Positions 61,861 to 64,000 of a stretch of DNA of 64,000 nucleotides are shown here, in pieces. Origin of the DNA: Leptonemataceae bacterium (GTDB lineage Bacteria > Spirochaetota > Leptospiria > Leptospirales > Leptonemataceae); the NCBI GenBank assembly GCA_965227295.1, contig OZ245742.1, positions 832,001-896,000 on the forward strand, in the 5' to 3' direction. The position numbers and the translations under genes are program-made. Every line of letters begins with the position of its first letter. The stretch's first letter is position 1. The notes beneath the pieces were generated by a model. That model saw only the letters and a program-made list of their open reading frames with translations. It was not told the DNA's origin and made no database searches.

Positions 61861-64000
61861 ATGGCGGACACGGCATCCAACGAACCCCTGTTTCGCACCG
61901 CCGGCGGACGTCTGGTCCTGGGCCGCAACGAGGAGCTGAACTACATCCTCGAGATGGCCTTGGACGAAATCAAGAGTATGATCAAGGCGCGCCGCGCCGA
62001 TTTCTACTTCTTCCAGGATGAGAACACCCTCGTGCCGTTCAAGAGCGACGGCAGTCATCCCGGCCTGCGGAATCTCTGCAATTACTGCATTCGCGAACGC
62101 ACGTCGTATAACTTCCGCAAGCGCAAGGACGGCGGCCCCGGCGCGGTGGCCAGTTACCCCGAGGAAATTCAGGACCTCGACGAACCGGCCCTCTGCGTCT
62201 ACCTGGGCCTGCAAGAAGGCGAACTGGGCGCCATCGTACTCAGCGAACCGATCTTCTTCGAACACTTCTTCGAAGCCGACCTGAACCTGGTGAAAAACTT
62301 CGCCGCCACTTTTTCGATTCTGCTCCGCAACGGCTGGACCGATCAGCGCACGTCCGAAATTTATCTGAACTTTCGTTCGTCACTGTTGTTGCTCCTGGAC
62401 AACGCGCATCTCAATCAAAAGATCAAGAACGCCGATTACCGGCTGAACACGGTCCTCGAAGTCTCGAACTTAATCAACTCCTCGCGCGAACTGAACGAGA
62501 TGATTCAGGCCGTGCTCTACAGTTGTCGCCGCGTACTGCGCGCGCAATCCGCTTCGATGTTCCTGGTGGATGAAGAAACGGGCGAGCTTTACTTCGACAT
62601 CGTCACCGGCAAAGAAGGCGAGACCCTCAAGGGCTTTCGCATCCCGCCGGGCCAGGGCATCGTCGGCCTGTGCGCCAGAGAAAAACGATCCATCGTCGTC
62701 AACGACGCCCAGAACGATCCGCGCATCTATCGCGTGGTCGACGAGTTCGCGCACAACATCACGCGCAACCTCATGGCCGCCCCGCTCATGGTCAACGACC
62801 GCTGCATCGGCGTACTCGAAGTCATCAACACCATCGACCGTTCGTACTTTAACGAGAGCGACCTGGAACTCTTTGAAAGTCTTTCGGATTCCGTGGCCAT
62901 CGCCATCCAGCGCCGCATGCTGCTCGACGCGGTCGAAGGACAGAACCTCGAACTGGAACGCAAACTGCGTGAGACCACCACGCTGCACGCCGTAACGCGC
63001 GCCCTGGTCGAAGTCAGCTCCGCTCACGATCTCTTTCAACGCGTCCTGGAAACGATCTACGAGAACATGCACATCCAGCGTTTGTCGGTGATGCTCTTTG
63101 ATCCGCGCAACGATGCGCTGTCCGTGGAAGCCATCGTCGGCCGGCGCTCCGGCAAAGAAGAACCCGGCGTACCCGAACGCGACGGTCGGCCGGCCGACGC
63201 CGAGCGCAGCCTGGCGCGTTACGTTTTTGATCGCAACGAGCCGTTGTTCATCAAGGACCTGTCGCAGCACAAGGAACTGCTGGAGTACTGCACGCCGGGT
63301 CGCTATGCCACGAACACGTTCATTCTCATTCCCCTCACCGGTTCACGGAACGAGAATCCTTACGGTGTCCTCTGCGCCACGGATCCGAGCCTCGACGTCT
63401 TTCTCGAAGAAGATTTTCCGTTGCTTTCGACGATCGCTTCGCAGGTGGTCCGGGGCTACGAGAACTGGCTGTTGAACCAGGAATCCATGGCGAAGAAAGC
63501 CATGGAAAAGGAAGTGGAGATCACTTCGCGCATCCAGAAGAACATTCTACCGTCTTCGATTCCGGAACACATGCACGTCGAACTGGGCGCCCGCTCGGTC
63601 ATGGCCCGGACCACCGGCGGCGACTTCTACGATTACCACGTGCACTCGGACAACGGCCCTATTACCCTGCTCGTCGCCGACGTCTCCGGCAAGTCACTGC
63701 CCGCCGCGATCTTCATGGCCATGTCGTCCTCGATTCTCCGTACCATCATTCGTACGGAAACGGATCCGGTGCAGATCTTAACGAAAGCGAACGATCTTAT
63801 CTACGAAGAATCCCAGTCCGGTATGTTCGTGACCGTCTTTCTGGCGCGCTTCGATCCGCATACCGGACTCTTGCGCTACGCGTCCGCCGGCCACAACGAG
63901 ATGCTGCTCCTGCACAGCGACAGCAGCTACGAGATGCTTTCCGGCCGCGGTCATCCCCTGGGCGTGCTGCCGTCCCACCGACAGAAGTACATGGGCGGCG
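61861..64000 (+). CDS. Multi-GAF PP2C/SpoIIE phosphatase (runs off window end)
   Basis: Not in the ORF track. Open frame from ATG 61861: GAF motifs (GQGIVG..VNDAQNDPR..LMAAPL..IGVLEVIN), then GGDFYD, VADVSGK, MFVTVF, YASAGH. Confidence 0.92.
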   Translation, partial: MADTASNEPLFRTAGGRLVLGRNEELNYILEMALDEIKSMIKARRADFYFFQDENTLVPFKSDGSHPGLRNLCNYCIRERTSYNFRKRKDGGPGAVASYPEEIQDLDEPALCVYLGLQEGELGAIVLSEPIFFEHFFEADLNLVKNFAATFSILLRNGWTDQRTSEIYLNFRSSLLLLLDNAHLNQKIKNADYRLNTVLEVSNLINSSRELNEMIQAVLYSCRRVLRAQSASMFLVDEETGELYFDIVTGKEGETLKGFRIPPGQGIVGLCAREKRSIVVNDAQNDPRIYRVVDEFAHNITRNLMAAPLMVNDRCIGVLEVINTIDRSYFNESDLELFESLSDSVAIAIQRRMLLDAVEGQNLELERKLRETTTLHAVTRALVEVSSAHDLFQRVLETIYENMHIQRLSVMLFDPRNDALSVEAIVGRRSGKEEPGVPERDGRPADAERSLARYVFDRNEPLFIKDLSQHKELLEYCTPGRYATNTFILIPLTGSRNENPYGVLCATDPSLDVFLEEDFPLLSTIASQVVRGYENWLLNQESMAKKAMEKEVEITSRIQKNILPSSIPEHMHVELGARSVMARTTGGDFYDYHVHSDNGPITLLVADVSGKSLPAAIFMAMSSSILRTIIRTETDPVQILTKANDLIYEESQSGMFVTVFLARFDPHTGLLRYASAGHNEMLLLHSDSSYEMLSGRGHPLGVLPSHRQKYMGG

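Overview
A GC-rich, densely coding chromosomal window, most likely from a high-GC member of the spirochaete order Leptospirales. The assignment rests on a clear LipL21 homologue plus a Leptospira-style gene set: XPB helicase, GldAFG-like ABC operon with LptE, GAF-PP2C phosphatases, a 7TM-DISM kinase and a TPR-Mrr protein. Most content is housekeeping: serS, tatD, prmC, nth, rpmB, def, DEAD-box helicase, PBP1A, acyl-CoA synthetase, egtB/egtD, a TRAP transporter, an ammonium transporter and tRNA-Ala(GGC). No transposase, integrase, prophage, reverse transcriptase or CRISPR array is visible. The most striking unexplained signal is non-coding, at 58064-58813: a tandem array of two diverged copies (392 and 330 nt) of a highly structured element bounded by three 28-bp direct repeats. 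It has a near-identical core, a compensatory base-pair change and a two-hairpin insertion in a loop, which fits an unannotated large structured RNA. Other leads are: a TPR-TldD-(ferritin-like di-iron/ATP-grasp fusion) operon resembling a peptide-tailoring system; a sigma54 promoter with enhancer-like sites driving a GAF-PP2C-TPR phosphatase plus Amt with no PII gene; a ~100-nt structured RNA candidate upstream of egtB; a shared TGCRNYGCAC operator-like motif at two promoters; and several gene remnants. All calls come from motifs read by eye; no database search was run.
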